Part shown: in pieces, positions 1 through 9,826 of the stretch
Layout of the letters: the number at the start of each line of letters is the position of its first letter
Numbering within the stretch: position 1 is the first letter of the stretch
Origin: an uncultured Spirochaetota bacterium
GTDB taxonomy: Bacteria > Spirochaetota > Spirochaetia > SZUA-6 > Fen-1364
Length of the DNA stretch: 64,000 nt
Direction: 5' to 3'
Assembly: GCA_963820525.1 (NCBI GenBank)
Contig: CAWGAA010000001.1
Coordinates: 1,984,001-2,048,000, forward strand
Program-made: the position numbers and the translations under genes
Notes under the pieces: generated by a model
Told to the model about the DNA's origin: nothing
The model's input: the letters and a program-made list of their open reading frames with translations, nothing else
Databases searched by the model: none

Positions 1-834
1 CAGGGAATGGGTCCCGCCGTCCTCGTCGTGGGCCATGCAGCTTTTCGGGATGACGGCGAAGGCGCAGCGCGTGCCGGTGAACCCGGCGGTCTTGGAGAAG
101 CTTCGAAACTCGACGGCCACGTCCCGCGCCCCGGGGATCTCGAAGATGGAGTGGGGCAGCGACTCGTCCCTGATGAAGGCCTCGTAGGCGGCATCGTAGA
201 GGATGAGGGCCTTCGCGCTTCGAGCGTAGTCCACCCAGGCCGCCAGGCGATCGCGCGTGATGGCGACGCCGGTGGGGTTGTTGGGGAAGCAGAGGTACAC
301 GAGATCCACCCGGGTGCGCGGCGGGTCCGGGATGTAGCCGTTGTCCTCGGTCGAATCGAGGTAGATGAGCCCGCCGTACCTCCCGTCCCGGAATGGCCCC
401 GTTCGGCCCGCCATGACGTTTGTATCCACGTACACGGGGTAGACGGGATCCGGGATCGCGATGCGCAGGTTCCCGCTGAACAGCTCCTGGATGTTCGCCG
501 TATCGCTCTTGGCCCCATCGCTGATGAATATCTCGTCGGCATCGATTTCGGCGCCGCGGGCCCGGAAGTCCGTCTCGGCGATGGGCGCGCGGAGGAACTC
601 GTATCCCGGATCCGGCCCGTAGCCCCGGAAGGTCTCCTCCCGGGACATCTCGTCCACCGCTTCGTGGAAGGCCCTCACGCACGCTTGCGGCAGGGCACGG
701 GTGACATCGCCGATGCCGAGCTTGATGACCTCCACGTCGGGACGCCTCTTTGTGAACTCCTCCACCCTCGCCTCCACTTCCTTGAAAAGGTATGAGGAGG
801 CGAGCTTGCGGTAGTTCTCATTGATGCGGATCAT
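1..834 (-). CDS. dapL: LL-diaminopimelate aminotransferase (3' part runs off the window)
   Basis: Not in the ORF track because no stop lies in the window. Manual translation from ATG 834 gives MIRINENYRKLASSYLF...KLGIGDVT...GYGP..GY.FLR...ISDGAKSD...DPVYPVYVDTNVMAGR...CFPNNPTG...YDAAYEAF...SFSKTAGFTGTRC, the DapL PLP motifs. Confidence 0.93.
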   Translation of the reverse strand, partial: MIRINENYRKLASSYLFKEVEARVEEFTKRRPDVEVIKLGIGDVTRALPQACVRAFHEAVDEMSREETFRGYGPDPGYEFLRAPIAETDFRARGAEIDADEIFISDGAKSDTANIQELFSGNLRIAIPDPVYPVYVDTNVMAGRTGPFRDGRYGGLIYLDSTEDNGYIPDPPRTRVDLVYLCFPNNPTGVAITRDRLAAWVDYARSAKALILYDAAYEAFIRDESLPHSIFEIPGARDVAVEFRSFSKTAGFTGTRCAFAVIPKSCMAHDEDGGTHSL

Positions 835-839
835 GGCCC

Positions 840-868
840 CTTATACCCGGGGGAACGGCCCCTGTCAA
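840..868 (-). promoter_or_regulatory. sigma70-type promoter of dapL, probably leaderless
   Basis: Minus strand TTGACA (868-863), N17, TATAAG (845-840), then 5 nt to the ATG. Confidence 0.6.
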
Positions 869-913
869 CGAGCGGGCCTGTGCAGCACACGCGGATTTCG
901 CTACACTATCATC

Positions 914-1441
914 ATGGAAGAATTACAATATCCGATCGGCCGTTTCTCCGCTGAAAAGGAGCTTGCCCCGACTAAAAGACAGAACCTGATCCGCGAAATC
1001 GCCGGCCTGCCCGCGCGGCTTCGAAAGAGCGTGGAAGGGCTTTCGGCCGCGCAGCTCGATACGCCGTACCGCAACGGGGGCTGGACCCCTCGTCAGATCG
1101 TTCACCACGTCGCGGACTCCCACATGAACGCCTTCATCCGCTTCAAGCTCGCCCTGACCGAGGACAACCCGCAGATCAAGCCCTTCGAGCAGGACGGCTG
1201 GGCTGCGATGGTGGACAGCACCAGGGCGGATCCCGCCCTGTCGCTCGCCATCGTGGACGGCCTTCACGCGAGGTTCTCCGCGCTGCTCTCCTCTCTTTCG
1301 CCGGAGGATTTCGCCCGCACCTTCCAGCACCCGGAGCGGGGCGCCATATCCCTTGACTACAATCTTCAGCTCTACGCCTGGCACGGGAATCACCATACTG
1401 CCCATATCGAAGGACTTCGCGCGCGCAAGGGCTGGAAGTAA
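914..1441 (+). CDS. yfiT: YfiT/BstA-family (DinB superfamily) thiol transferase or metal-dependent hydrolase
   Basis: LQYPIGRF...LDTPYRNGGWT.RQIVHHVADSHMNAFIRFKLALTEDNP.IKPF...YAWHGNHHTAHI. Start taken at ATG 914. Confidence 0.88.
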   Translation: MEELQYPIGRFSAEKELAPTKRQNLIREIAGLPARLRKSVEGLSAAQLDTPYRNGGWTPRQIVHHVADSHMNAFIRFKLALTEDNPQIKPFEQDGWAAMVDSTRADPALSLAIVDGLHARFSALLSSLSPEDFARTFQHPERGAISLDYNLQLYAWHGNHHTAHIEGLRARKGWK

Positions 1442-1450
1442 TAACGACGA

Positions 1451-2251
1451 ATGAAATCTCCAAAACAGGTCGGCCTTGAAAGCGCCATTCTCAAAGGTCT
1501 TTCCGGCCCCGCTAGAAAGGTTGCGGAAGCCCTCCTCGAAGACGCCGAGGTCCGGGCCCTCCAGGAATACGCGAACACGGTCTCCATCAAGAGGCTGGGG
1601 TACAACGACCACGGTCCCGTGCATATGCGCAAAGTTGTGCTGAACGCCCTTCGTATGGCGGAAATCCTCCATTCGGCGGAGATCAAGCTCAGCCTCGAGG
1701 AGGACGAGGCGGGCGACTACGAAGACAGCCTCATCTCCCTGGTCATGGCGGGAATGCTCCACGACGTCGGGATGAGCGTGGGCAGGCACGACCACGAGCA
1801 CGCCAGCATCATGCTCACCCTGCCCATCATCGACAGAACGCTCCGCTGGGTCTACGCCGATGACGTGGCAAAGCGGGTGGTCGTGCGGTCTCTCGTCGTG
1901 GAGTGCATCGCGGGGCACATGGCCACCCAGCGGATATACTCCCGGGAAGCGGGCATCATCCTCGTGGCGGACGGCTGCGACATGGAGAAGGGCAGGGCCC
2001 GCATCCCCATGATGATCGCCACCGAGTCCCGCGTGGGGGACATCCACAAGTACTCCGCCTCCGCCGTGGAGCAGGTGAAGATCGAGAAGGGGGAAAAACG
2101 CCCGATCCGGATCACGGTGGAGATGCGAGCCACCGTCGGGTTCTTCCAGGTGGAAGAGGTCCTGATCGGAAAAATCAACTCCAGTCCCGTGAAGCCATTC
2201 ATCGAGCTGTACGCGGGAGTGATCGGCAGGAAGATGAAGTGCTACCTCTGA
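1451..2251 (+). CDS. HD-domain metal-dependent phosphohydrolase
   Basis: YNDHGPVH...MLHDVG...H...ADGCDM motifs. Confidence 0.85.
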   Translation: MKSPKQVGLESAILKGLSGPARKVAEALLEDAEVRALQEYANTVSIKRLGYNDHGPVHMRKVVLNALRMAEILHSAEIKLSLEEDEAGDYEDSLISLVMAGMLHDVGMSVGRHDHEHASIMLTLPIIDRTLRWVYADDVAKRVVVRSLVVECIAGHMATQRIYSREAGIILVADGCDMEKGRARIPMMIATESRVGDIHKYSASAVEQVKIEKGEKRPIRITVEMRATVGFFQVEEVLIGKINSSPVKPFIELYAGVIGRKMKCYL

Positions 2252-2322
2252 GGCTTTTTCGCCGGAGAGGCGGGCCGCGGCGGGGCGGCTGACAGGCGCG
2301 AAATGACGAGGCCGCCGTGAGC

Positions 2323-2505
2323 ATGGAAGACAGGCTCGCCTACATCAAGAAGAAGCTGAAGGACCGCAGGATCTACTACAGCTCGTACAACCCGCGCTCC
2401 TCGTACCTCTACGATATCGAGGACGCGGAGGACGACCTGTTGTGGCTCATCTCCGAGGTGGAGCGCCTGCGAGAGCAGAGCGAAGGCGAGGGACGCGCCC
2501 CGTGA
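2323..2505 (+). CDS. small hypothetical protein (~60 aa)
   Basis: Codon usage is typical for this genome (GC3-rich), and the TGA overlaps the GTG of the next gene. Alternative GTG start at 2317. Confidence 0.6.
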   Translation: MEDRLAYIKKKLKDRRIYYSSYNPRSSYLYDIEDAEDDLLWLISEVERLREQSEGEGRAP

Positions 2506-3353
2506 AGGCACGAGGGCTCGCCGCGCTCGTGGCGTGCGCCCTGTTGTGGAGCACGGGCGGGCTTTTCATAAAGCTGGTTCCCTGGAACCCGATCGCCATT
2601 GCCGGAAGCCGAAGCCTCATCGGGGGGCTGCTCATCCTCGCGTTCCTGCGAAGGCCCCGCTTCACGTTGTCGCTCACGCAGATCCTCTGCGGCCTCTCGT
2701 ACGCCGGCTGCATGATTCTCTTCGTTTCCGCCACCAAGCTGACCACGGCGGCCAATACGATACTCCTTCAATACACGGCGCCCCTGTATGCCGCCTTCCT
2801 TGCGGCGCCGCTCCTGGGCGAGCGGACAAAGCCGCTGGACTGGATCACTATCGCGATCGTTCTGGGCGGCATGGCCCTCTTCTTCCTGGACAAGCTGTCG
2901 CCCGGAAGCACATTGGGAAATCTCCTCGCCATGGCAAGCGGAGTTTTCTTCGCCCTCACGATCGTGCTCCTCAGAAAACAGAAGGAAGGCTCGCCGCTTG
3001 AGTCCCTCCTCATCAGTCACCTCGTCACGTTCGCGATATCCATCCCCTTCCTCCTGGCCGCTCCGCCGGCATTCAGCCTGTCAAGCGCGGGGGGCATCGC
3101 CTTTCTCGGCCTCTTCCAGGTCGGCCTCCCCTCCATCCTCCTGTCCTTCGGGGTGCGGCACGTGACGGCGGTGCAATCGCTTCTCACCTCCTTCCTCGAG
3201 CCGATCCTCAATCCCCTGTGGGTGTTCCTGGCCCTGGGAGAGGCGCCGGGAGCCTTCGCTCTTGCGGGAGGAGCAGTCATCCTGCTTACCGTCACGGCCC
3301 GCTCCCTCATCACGGTGTTCAGCGAGTCGAAGCCGGCGGGGGCCGCCTCGTAG
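2502..3353 (+). CDS. DMT/EamA-family transporter
   Basis: About 10 hydrophobic helices, with LWSTGGLFIK, LQYTAP, LLGER and LEPILNPLW..GE motifs. Confidence 0.88.
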   Translation: MKARGLAALVACALLWSTGGLFIKLVPWNPIAIAGSRSLIGGLLILAFLRRPRFTLSLTQILCGLSYAGCMILFVSATKLTTAANTILLQYTAPLYAAFLAAPLLGERTKPLDWITIAIVLGGMALFFLDKLSPGSTLGNLLAMASGVFFALTIVLLRKQKEGSPLESLLISHLVTFAISIPFLLAAPPAFSLSSAGGIAFLGLFQVGLPSILLSFGVRHVTAVQSLLTSFLEPILNPLWVFLALGEAPGAFALAGGAVILLTVTARSLITVFSESKPAGAAS

Positions 3354-3370
3354 CGCCTGGACGGCACGCG

Positions 3371-4291
3371 TCAGGAGGCGGGCGGCGAGACTGCGTCCTT
3401 GAGCGAGCGCGCGTTCACCATCAACACCCCGGCGATGATCACGATTCCGCCCAGGATCTGGATGAGGGAGATGCTCTCACCCAGCAGAACCACCCCGCCG
3501 ATCACCCCCACTACGGGAATGAGATTCACGTAGGGGCTGACGACGATGGGGCCCAGCCTCGAGAGGCCGTACATGTAGAGGAAGTTCCCCACGGCGGAGC
3601 TGAGAACCGCGAGGTAGAGAAGATTCAAGATCACGACAAGGGTTATCGGCACCCACGCGCCGAATTCCAGGAAGGCCAGCGGGACGAGGAACGCGGTCCC
3701 GAACAGCGACTGGTAGGCCGTGATTGCGAGATCCGAAAGCCTTTTATGCAGGTTCCTGCTCGCCATCATGTAGGCAACCCAGGAGATGCAGGCGCCGAAC
3801 ATGAAGAGGTCTCCCGTGAGGGAGCCGGAGAGAAGCGATGCGCCGGGAATGCGGACAACGAAATATACGCCCACAACGGAGAGCAGGATTCCCGCGATGC
3901 CCAGGATCCTGATGCGGGAGCGGAACAGGATGAGCTCCGCGATCACCGTGAAGACGGGGATGGCCGCGATGATGAGGGACGCGTGGGACGCGGAGGTGAG
4001 CTTGATGCCGCGCGACTCGAAGAAGAAGTAGATTGTCACGCCGAAGAGCCCGCTCACCATGAGGGGAAGCACGTTGCGCTTCGCGAGCCGCGTGGCGGGC
4101 TCCACTTTCCTGAGGAGCAGGTTGAGGATGAGGGTTGTGAGCAGGAAGCGCATGCAGACCATGGTCATGGGCGGGACGCCCGCATTGAGGATGGTCTTGG
4201 AGCTTACAAACGACAGTCCCCACAGCAGGACGGTGCCCCACACCGCCAGGAAGGGGAGCACCCTCGCGGGCAGAATCGTTTTTTCTTGCAT
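3371..4291 (-). CDS. DMT/EamA-family transporter
   Basis: LWGLSFVSSK...RF...NLIPVVGV...LLGE, with two EamA repeats. Confidence 0.88.
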   Translation of the reverse strand: MQEKTILPARVLPFLAVWGTVLLWGLSFVSSKTILNAGVPPMTMVCMRFLLTTLILNLLLRKVEPATRLAKRNVLPLMVSGLFGVTIYFFFESRGIKLTSASHASLIIAAIPVFTVIAELILFRSRIRILGIAGILLSVVGVYFVVRIPGASLLSGSLTGDLFMFGACISWVAYMMASRNLHKRLSDLAITAYQSLFGTAFLVPLAFLEFGAWVPITLVVILNLLYLAVLSSAVGNFLYMYGLSRLGPIVVSPYVNLIPVVGVIGGVVLLGESISLIQILGGIVIIAGVLMVNARSLKDAVSPPAS

Positions 4292-4310
4292 AGCGGCTTT
4301 CACAATCGGC

Positions 4311-4820
4311 CTATTCCAGGCCCATCTTTTTCAGTTTCGGCGCAATGACCAGGCGGCAGTACCCCGCGCTCTTGTTGCTGTCGTAGTAATCCTTGTGGTA
4401 GCCTTCGGCGGGATAGAACGCTTCAAGCAGCTTGCACTCGGTGACGATTCTGGGGCGGAAAGAAGCCTGCGCCTTGCGCAGGGACTCCGCCGCCGCCCGC
4501 TTTTGCTCCTCATCGGCGTAGAGGATTATCGAGCGGTACTGCGTGCCGACATCCGCCCCCTGCCTGTTCGGGGTGGTCGGGTCGTGAGCCTTCCAGAAGA
4601 TGTCGAGGATCCCGGCAAGGGCAATCTTTTGCGGATCGAAGGAGATCCTGACCACTTCGGCATGGCCCGTCGTATCCGTGCATACGTCCTGGTACGTGGG
4701 GTTGGCGACGGTGCCGCCCGCATACCCCGAGGAGACCGAGAGCACCCCATCGATCCTCTTGAAGATCGCCTCCAGGCACCAGAAGCAGCCGCCTCCCAAA
4801 ACGATGGTGGATTCCCTCAC
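4311..4820 (-). CDS. msrA: peptide-methionine (S)-S-oxide reductase
   Basis: GGGCFWC, SGYAGG, TGHAEVV, HDPT..NRQG.DVGTQYRS, AE.YH..YY and GYC motifs. Confidence 0.96.
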   Translation of the reverse strand: MRESTIVLGGGCFWCLEAIFKRIDGVLSVSSGYAGGTVANPTYQDVCTDTTGHAEVVRISFDPQKIALAGILDIFWKAHDPTTPNRQGADVGTQYRSIILYADEEQKRAAAESLRKAQASFRPRIVTECKLLEAFYPAEGYHKDYYDSNKSAGYCRLVIAPKLKKMGLE

Positions 4821-5803
4821 GCCGGGACCGCTTCCTTTCTCACGATTCGACGCGAGAGCTCGTCGATTCTCGCGAGCTCCTTGTCCAAGAGCCGAAAGCT
4901 CATGGCACCGGCGCTCTCCTCGGCCTGCCTCGGCTTGGACGCCCCCGGTATGGCCACGACCGTCTCTCCATGAAAATTGACCAACCAGTTCAGGGCAACC
5001 TGGGAAGCGGACACGCCGTACCCGCGGCCGATCTCGCGCATCTCGTGGACCAGGGGTGCCGTGCGCACGAGACCCTGGGGGCTGAAGGCGCCGATGAGCT
5101 TGCGGGCCCCCGACACTTTGGCCACCAGCGAGGGATCGTCGTGGAACTTCCCCGTGAGGACGCCCTGGGCGAGCGGCGAGTAGGCGATCACGGTGACGCC
5201 GAGCCGCTTCGCCGTCTGGAGAACTCCGTTTCGCTCGATCCTCCTGTCCAGGAGGTTGTAGCGGACCTGGTTGGATGCCAGGGGGATGCCCTCGGCGGCA
5301 AGCGCCGCGTGGGCCTCCTCCATCTGGCGGGCGGAGAAGTTGCTGACCCCCACGCTCGCGATTCTGCCCGAGCGCACGAGCGCCGCCATCTCCTTCATCT
5401 GGGCTCGGATGGAGGAAAAGCTCAGCGGCTGGTGGATCTGGTAGAGGTCTATGGGATATGCGCCGAGGCAGGCGAGCCTTTCACCGATGGTGCGGGCAAT
5501 GGAGGATGCCGTGCGGAAGAGGGGGAACCACTTTGTGGCGATCACGACGCTTCCGGGAGCGACCTTGCGCGCGGAGAGGGAAGCGGAGAGCACCTGCTCG
5601 GACCTTCCCTTGCCATACGCCTCGGCGGTGTCGAACCACCCGATTCCCTTGTCGAGGCTCGCGCCGACGATGCCCTCGATCGTGGCATCGTCGAGGACGG
5701 CCCAGAACCTGCCCATCATTCCCTGCCCCTGGGAGAACTGCCAGCAGCCCAGCCCGATGGGGGTGATCTGGATATCGGTCCGCCCCAGCCTGCGTTTTTC
5801 CAT
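4817..5803 (-). CDS. aldo/keto reductase
   Basis: RRLGRT..ITPIGLGCW, FDTAEAYG.G.SE, IATK, IDLYQIH, VGVSNF, IAYSPLAQG.LTGK and IPGA motifs. Start at ATG 5803. Confidence 0.92.
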   Translation of the reverse strand: MEKRRLGRTDIQITPIGLGCWQFSQGQGMMGRFWAVLDDATIEGIVGASLDKGIGWFDTAEAYGKGRSEQVLSASLSARKVAPGSVVIATKWFPLFRTASSIARTIGERLACLGAYPIDLYQIHQPLSFSSIRAQMKEMAALVRSGRIASVGVSNFSARQMEEAHAALAAEGIPLASNQVRYNLLDRRIERNGVLQTAKRLGVTVIAYSPLAQGVLTGKFHDDPSLVAKVSGARKLIGAFSPQGLVRTAPLVHEMREIGRGYGVSASQVALNWLVNFHGETVVAIPGASKPRQAEESAGAMSFRLLDKELARIDELSRRIVRKEAVPA

Positions 5804-5904
5804 GGAGACCCTCCTGCCTTTGACATGCGCGCTGCCGCGAAGGAAGCCGCAATCGATTACGGGAATAATTTCCCAAAGAGTGTGACGAAAGGCAAGGGGC
5901 GGGC

Positions 5905-7409
5905 TCAGGAGCGGGAGCCCGCGAACATGAAGCGTTTCACTTTTCGCGTCGAGGTCTTGGGGAGCTCTTCCCCGGAAACTTCGAATCCCCGGGGGACCTT
6001 GTATCCCGCCGCCCCGGCCATGCATTTCCTGATCTCCCCGTGCACGACCTCGTTCACCTGGGCTTCCGTCAGGGGCGCTCCGCGCTCGGCGCCCAGAGCC
6101 TGAAGCGCGTCGGGGTCGGGATACACGATGGCATACGGGTACTCCCCTCCCTCCTCGTCGAGCTTCCCGATGATGACGACCTCGGAGATGAGCGGGCTTG
6201 CCAGCAGGAGGTTTTCTATCTCCTCGGGGTAGATGTTCTTGCCGCCCTTGGTCACGATGATGTTCTTCAGGCGGCCCGTGATGGAGAGGTAGCCGTCGGA
6301 GTCCAGCTTGCCGATGTCTCCCGTGTGAAGCCACCCCTCGGGATCGATCACCTCCCGCGTCTTCTCCGGCATGTCGAGGTAGCCGAGCATCACATTGGAT
6401 CCCCGGGCCAGGATCTCGCCGTTTCCGTTCGCGTCCTTGCCCTCGATGCGCACCTCCACGTTTGAGAGGGGCAGCCCCACGGATCCGGGACGGTTGCGCG
6501 CCGGGCAGGTGCTGGAGATGACGGGCGACGTCTCGGTGAGCCCGTAGCCTTGATAGGTGGTGAGGCCGAGGGCCTCCATCCCGTCGATGACCTCCTTGGC
6601 TATCGGCCCGCCCCCGGAGACGAAGAAACGCAGCTTCTCAAGCCCCAGCTCCCGGGCCACGGACCGGAACAGCAGCTTGCCGATCCGCAGGTGGAGCACC
6701 TTGAATGAGAACCCGCTCAGGGCAAAGAGGAGGCGGAAGACGGCCTGCACGGCCGGGGGCCTTTCCTTCACCTTGGCCAGGATTCCCTTATAGATCTTCT
6801 CGATGAGGAGGGGCATCGCCGGGATGCACGTGGCCCCCGTCTCCTTCATGGTCTGGATGAGCACGTGGGTCTTCATCGAGGGGACCGTCGTGATCCGGGC
6901 GAAGGTGAGCAGGGGGACGAATATCCCCATGTTGGTGGGATACGTATGGTGGAAGGGGAGCACGATGATCCAGTTGTCCCCCGGGCCCAGGAGCGTGGTC
7001 TGCTGGACGCCGTCGCCGTTCTCCACCAGGTTCCTGTGGGAGAGCATCACCCCCTTGGGCACGCCCGTGGTTCCCGAAGTGAAGATGAGGGCGGCCAGGT
7101 CGTCGGGAGAAACGGGATAGGCGAAGGGGTCGATCCCGCGGCCCTGCAGGATCCGGCCCGCCGCGAGCAGGGAGAAGAATGGGATGACGGCGGATGCCGG
7201 CAGGGAGCCGTCGGGAAGGACGGGAAAATCGGGTGAAACGTCGGGGGCCGGGTCGAAGAGCACGACGTGCTTGTCGGAACCTCCCGCCTTCATCACCTTC
7301 TCCCTGTACTCGGCGGAGGTGAAGATGAACCGCGCTCGGCCCTGAAGGACTCCACCATCTGGCGGATGGTGTGCAGATCTCGAGACGGGACGACGCGATT
7401 GACGGGCAT
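5905..7409 (-). pseudogene. long-chain acyl-CoA synthetase (AMP-binding) with an N-terminal deletion and frameshift; intact ORF portion 5905..7296
   Basis: FTSGTTGVPKGV, GYGLTETSP, WLHTGDIG, GR.KN.I...GKNIYPEEIE and LPKT.T.KVKR are present. The N-terminus MPVNRVV...ESFRAE (ATG 7409) is out of frame with ARFIFTS..., and the usual intervening segment is missing. Confidence 0.7.
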
Positions 7410-7430
7410 GCTGCCTCTGGGCATCCCGCG

Positions 7431-7964
7431 CTACTGCTCGATGCGCAACCTTCCGAATACCGCCGCTGCCTTGATGTGCACCGCGTCGGCTCCCTCTCGG
7501 TATGATGCGGTGGTGTACGAGCTGTCTCCGAAGGCCACGGAGTTCCCGTTGGGCGCCTCCACGGCGCCGAAGGCCGCCGTCATGTCCACGCGCACGGGAG
7601 CCGCGGGGTTGATCCTCAGGATGCCGCTTCCAAACACGACATTGACTTCCTTGCGAACGCTTCCGCCCGAGGGGGCGAGCGTCGAGAGGTCCACGATGCC
7701 GCGGCTGAAGATGATGTTGTAGTCATTGGAGCCCTTGTTGCCGACGTATTCCATGCGCGAATCCGAGAACACGATGGTGTTCCGGTCCTTGATCTCGGGA
7801 CCCCGAATGAGGATCCGCACTCCGAGGTAGACGAAAAACAGGGCGAGGATGACCCGCACGAGCGGGATTTGAACGGGAACATAGCGGCGCACCATGATCC
7901 AGACGCCGACGATCACCAGGAGGAGCCCCCAGAAAATCCCGTCAAACAGAGAGATCATTCGCAT
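7431..7964 (-). CDS. membrane protein with a LiaF/DUF2154-like beta-solenoid C-terminus
   Basis: Two N-terminal TM helices followed by repeated xxFG/xxFS beta motifs (IVFS, IIFS, VVFG, AAFG, AVFG). Confidence 0.6.
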   Translation of the reverse strand: MRMISLFDGIFWGLLLVIVGVWIMVRRYVPVQIPLVRVILALFFVYLGVRILIRGPEIKDRNTIVFSDSRMEYVGNKGSNDYNIIFSRGIVDLSTLAPSGGSVRKEVNVVFGSGILRINPAAPVRVDMTAAFGAVEAPNGNSVAFGDSSYTTASYREGADAVHIKAAAVFGRLRIEQ

Positions 7965-8084
7965 TCCTTCTCCTTTCCCTGAGGATGGACCGCCGGCAGC
8001 CCGCTGTCAAGGCGGACCTCGCGCCGGCGCCCTGCGCGCCTGGAAGGGAGGCGGCCGAACGGCCGTCGGTTGCCCGCCCGCGTG

Positions 8085-9458
8085 TCATGTCGGGCGCCCG
8101 AAGCGCGCCAGAGCGCCGTTCAGCGCCGAGGCGAGCCACTGCCTCTCCCTCTCCGAGATATAAACCCCGAAACGGAGGCTTCGCGTCCCCGCTTCTATCC
8201 GCAGTGACCGCTGCCGGGCGCCCTGCTGCTCCAAGCCCTGCCGGGCAAAGGTCTCATCCACTGCGCACTCCCCCACTTCCGACAGGGGAACGGCGAGGCG
8301 GCGCTTCAGGAAGAGGAGCCTGCGGGTGAAGGAAAAGCCCTGCCGGTCTATGGAGATCTCCACTTTTCCAAAAACTCCCGAGAGGATCCGGGAAACGAGG
8401 AACAGGCCCACGCCCCAGAACGGGATTGAAAACAGGGGAAAGAACAAAGGGGCGCCCATGGAGATTGTTGCGGCGGTCCACGCCCCGACGCCGCAGAGCC
8501 AGAAGAAGCTGAATCCTCCGAGCGCCGCCAGGCCCCCGGCCCTGCCGCGCTCCGGCACCAGAAGCTCGAGGCGAAGGGGACTCTCCTTCACCCGGATCCG
8601 CGAGCCCAGGGGAGGATCCGCGATCCGGAGGGGCGGCGCGAAAGGCGCGCCCACGGGCTTCTTCCCTTCCAGGAGGTCGATCGCCTGTTCCTCGGGAAGG
8701 ATCCGCTTCGATTCATCGGGATCGAGGTATTCGTCCAGAATGCCTGCCAGAGCCGCGGAAGACAGCTCGATGACGGCGGGCACATCGATCTTCATCTCCC
8801 GCGCGGGCAGGTCCGCCGGGCTCTTGTGGGTGAGGAGGAAAAGGAGGGTTGCCGCGAAGGCATAGAGGTCGGAGCGGACCGTCGCCCGCCCGACAAACTG
8901 CTCCAGCGGCGTGTATCCCGGGGTTCCCACGAAAGTGGCTCCGGCGAGCGCCGAGGACCGAACGGCGTCCTGCACCCCGCCGAAATCAACGAGGAAGATT
9001 TCCCCGTCGTCGCTTTTGATCACGTTCTTGGGATTGATGTCGCGGTGGATTATCGGCGGCCGCAGCGCGTGGATGGAATGCACGATTCTGAGGAGCCGGG
9101 CGCCGATTCTCCGGATCTCCTCCTCGCTCCCCCTCCACCCCCGATCAACTGCCTCCTGGAGGCTCTGTCCGGGGATGTACTGGCGCACCAGGACAAAGGA
9201 GATCCCTCCCTCCCCTTCGGTAGTGAAGAAATCGATATACGCCGGGACCCCGGGAACGCTCAAGGCCCCCAGCACCTTCGCTTCCCTCTCGAAGAGCTCG
9301 ACGGTTTTCCAGTCCGTGACCTTGCCGAAGGTGAGGAGCTTTACGGCAACGCTTCCGCCGGTCTGCCTGTCGCGGGCAAGGAACGTGGAAGCCGTCGCCC
9401 CGGCTCCCAGCTGGCGGAGCGCCTCATAGCGGCCGGCGATGACATCACCCTCGCGCAT
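8085..9458 (-). CDS. Hanks-type Ser/Thr protein kinase with C-terminal TM pair
   Basis: LGAGA, VAVK, FERE, HRDINPKN, DFG, GTPGY.PLEQ and SDLY motifs, plus two TM helices. Confidence 0.9.
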   Translation of the reverse strand: MREGDVIAGRYEALRQLGAGATASTFLARDRQTGGSVAVKLLTFGKVTDWKTVELFEREAKVLGALSVPGVPAYIDFFTTEGEGGISFVLVRQYIPGQSLQEAVDRGWRGSEEEIRRIGARLLRIVHSIHALRPPIIHRDINPKNVIKSDDGEIFLVDFGGVQDAVRSSALAGATFVGTPGYTPLEQFVGRATVRSDLYAFAATLLFLLTHKSPADLPAREMKIDVPAVIELSSAALAGILDEYLDPDESKRILPEEQAIDLLEGKKPVGAPFAPPLRIADPPLGSRIRVKESPLRLELLVPERGRAGGLAALGGFSFFWLCGVGAWTAATISMGAPLFFPLFSIPFWGVGLFLVSRILSGVFGKVEISIDRQGFSFTRRLLFLKRRLAVPLSEVGECAVDETFARQGLEQQGARQRSLRIEAGTRSLRFGVYISERERQWLASALNGALARFGRPT

Positions 9459-9532
9459 ACCTCAGCCACACTACCAGATTCGAGGAGCGGCGTCAAAGTT
9501 CACACATTCACTGCCGATAGTATCATTGGGGT

Positions 9533-9826
9533 ATGAAAGAGAAAGCCGTCGAAACCGAACCCCCGGCTGATGGACCGACGGCAGCGCAAGAACGACGAGA
9601 AAGGATCGGCCGTATGGGCAAGAAGAAAATGAGGCTCGCCACTTACCTGATCGCCAAGAAGCTGCTCACCGTGGAGCAGGCTCAGCTCGTCTTGGCGGAA
9701 CAGGAAAAGCAGGGCAGCCGAATGCATGACAGATTTGGCCGGATAGCGGTAAAGAAGGGCTACATCAAGGAAGCCGATCTGAACAAAGCCATACTGGCCA
9801 AGGAACGGGAGGAGGCGGGTTTCTAG
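9533..9826 (+). CDS. small stand-alone MshEN-like (T2SSE_N-type) protein
   Basis: Tandem motifs RLATYLIAKKLLTVEQAQLVLAEQ and RFGRIAVKKGYIKEADLNKAILAKE resemble RLGxxLxxxGxIxxxxLxxxLxxQ. Confidence 0.6.
   Translation: MKEKAVETEPPADGPTAAQERRERIGRMGKKKMRLATYLIAKKLLTVEQAQLVLAEQEKQGSRMHDRFGRIAVKKGYIKEADLNKAILAKEREEAGF

Noticed and set aside
7..795. 262-aa plus-strand ORF
   Set aside because: Antisense shadow of dapL, which carries the real motifs on the minus strand.
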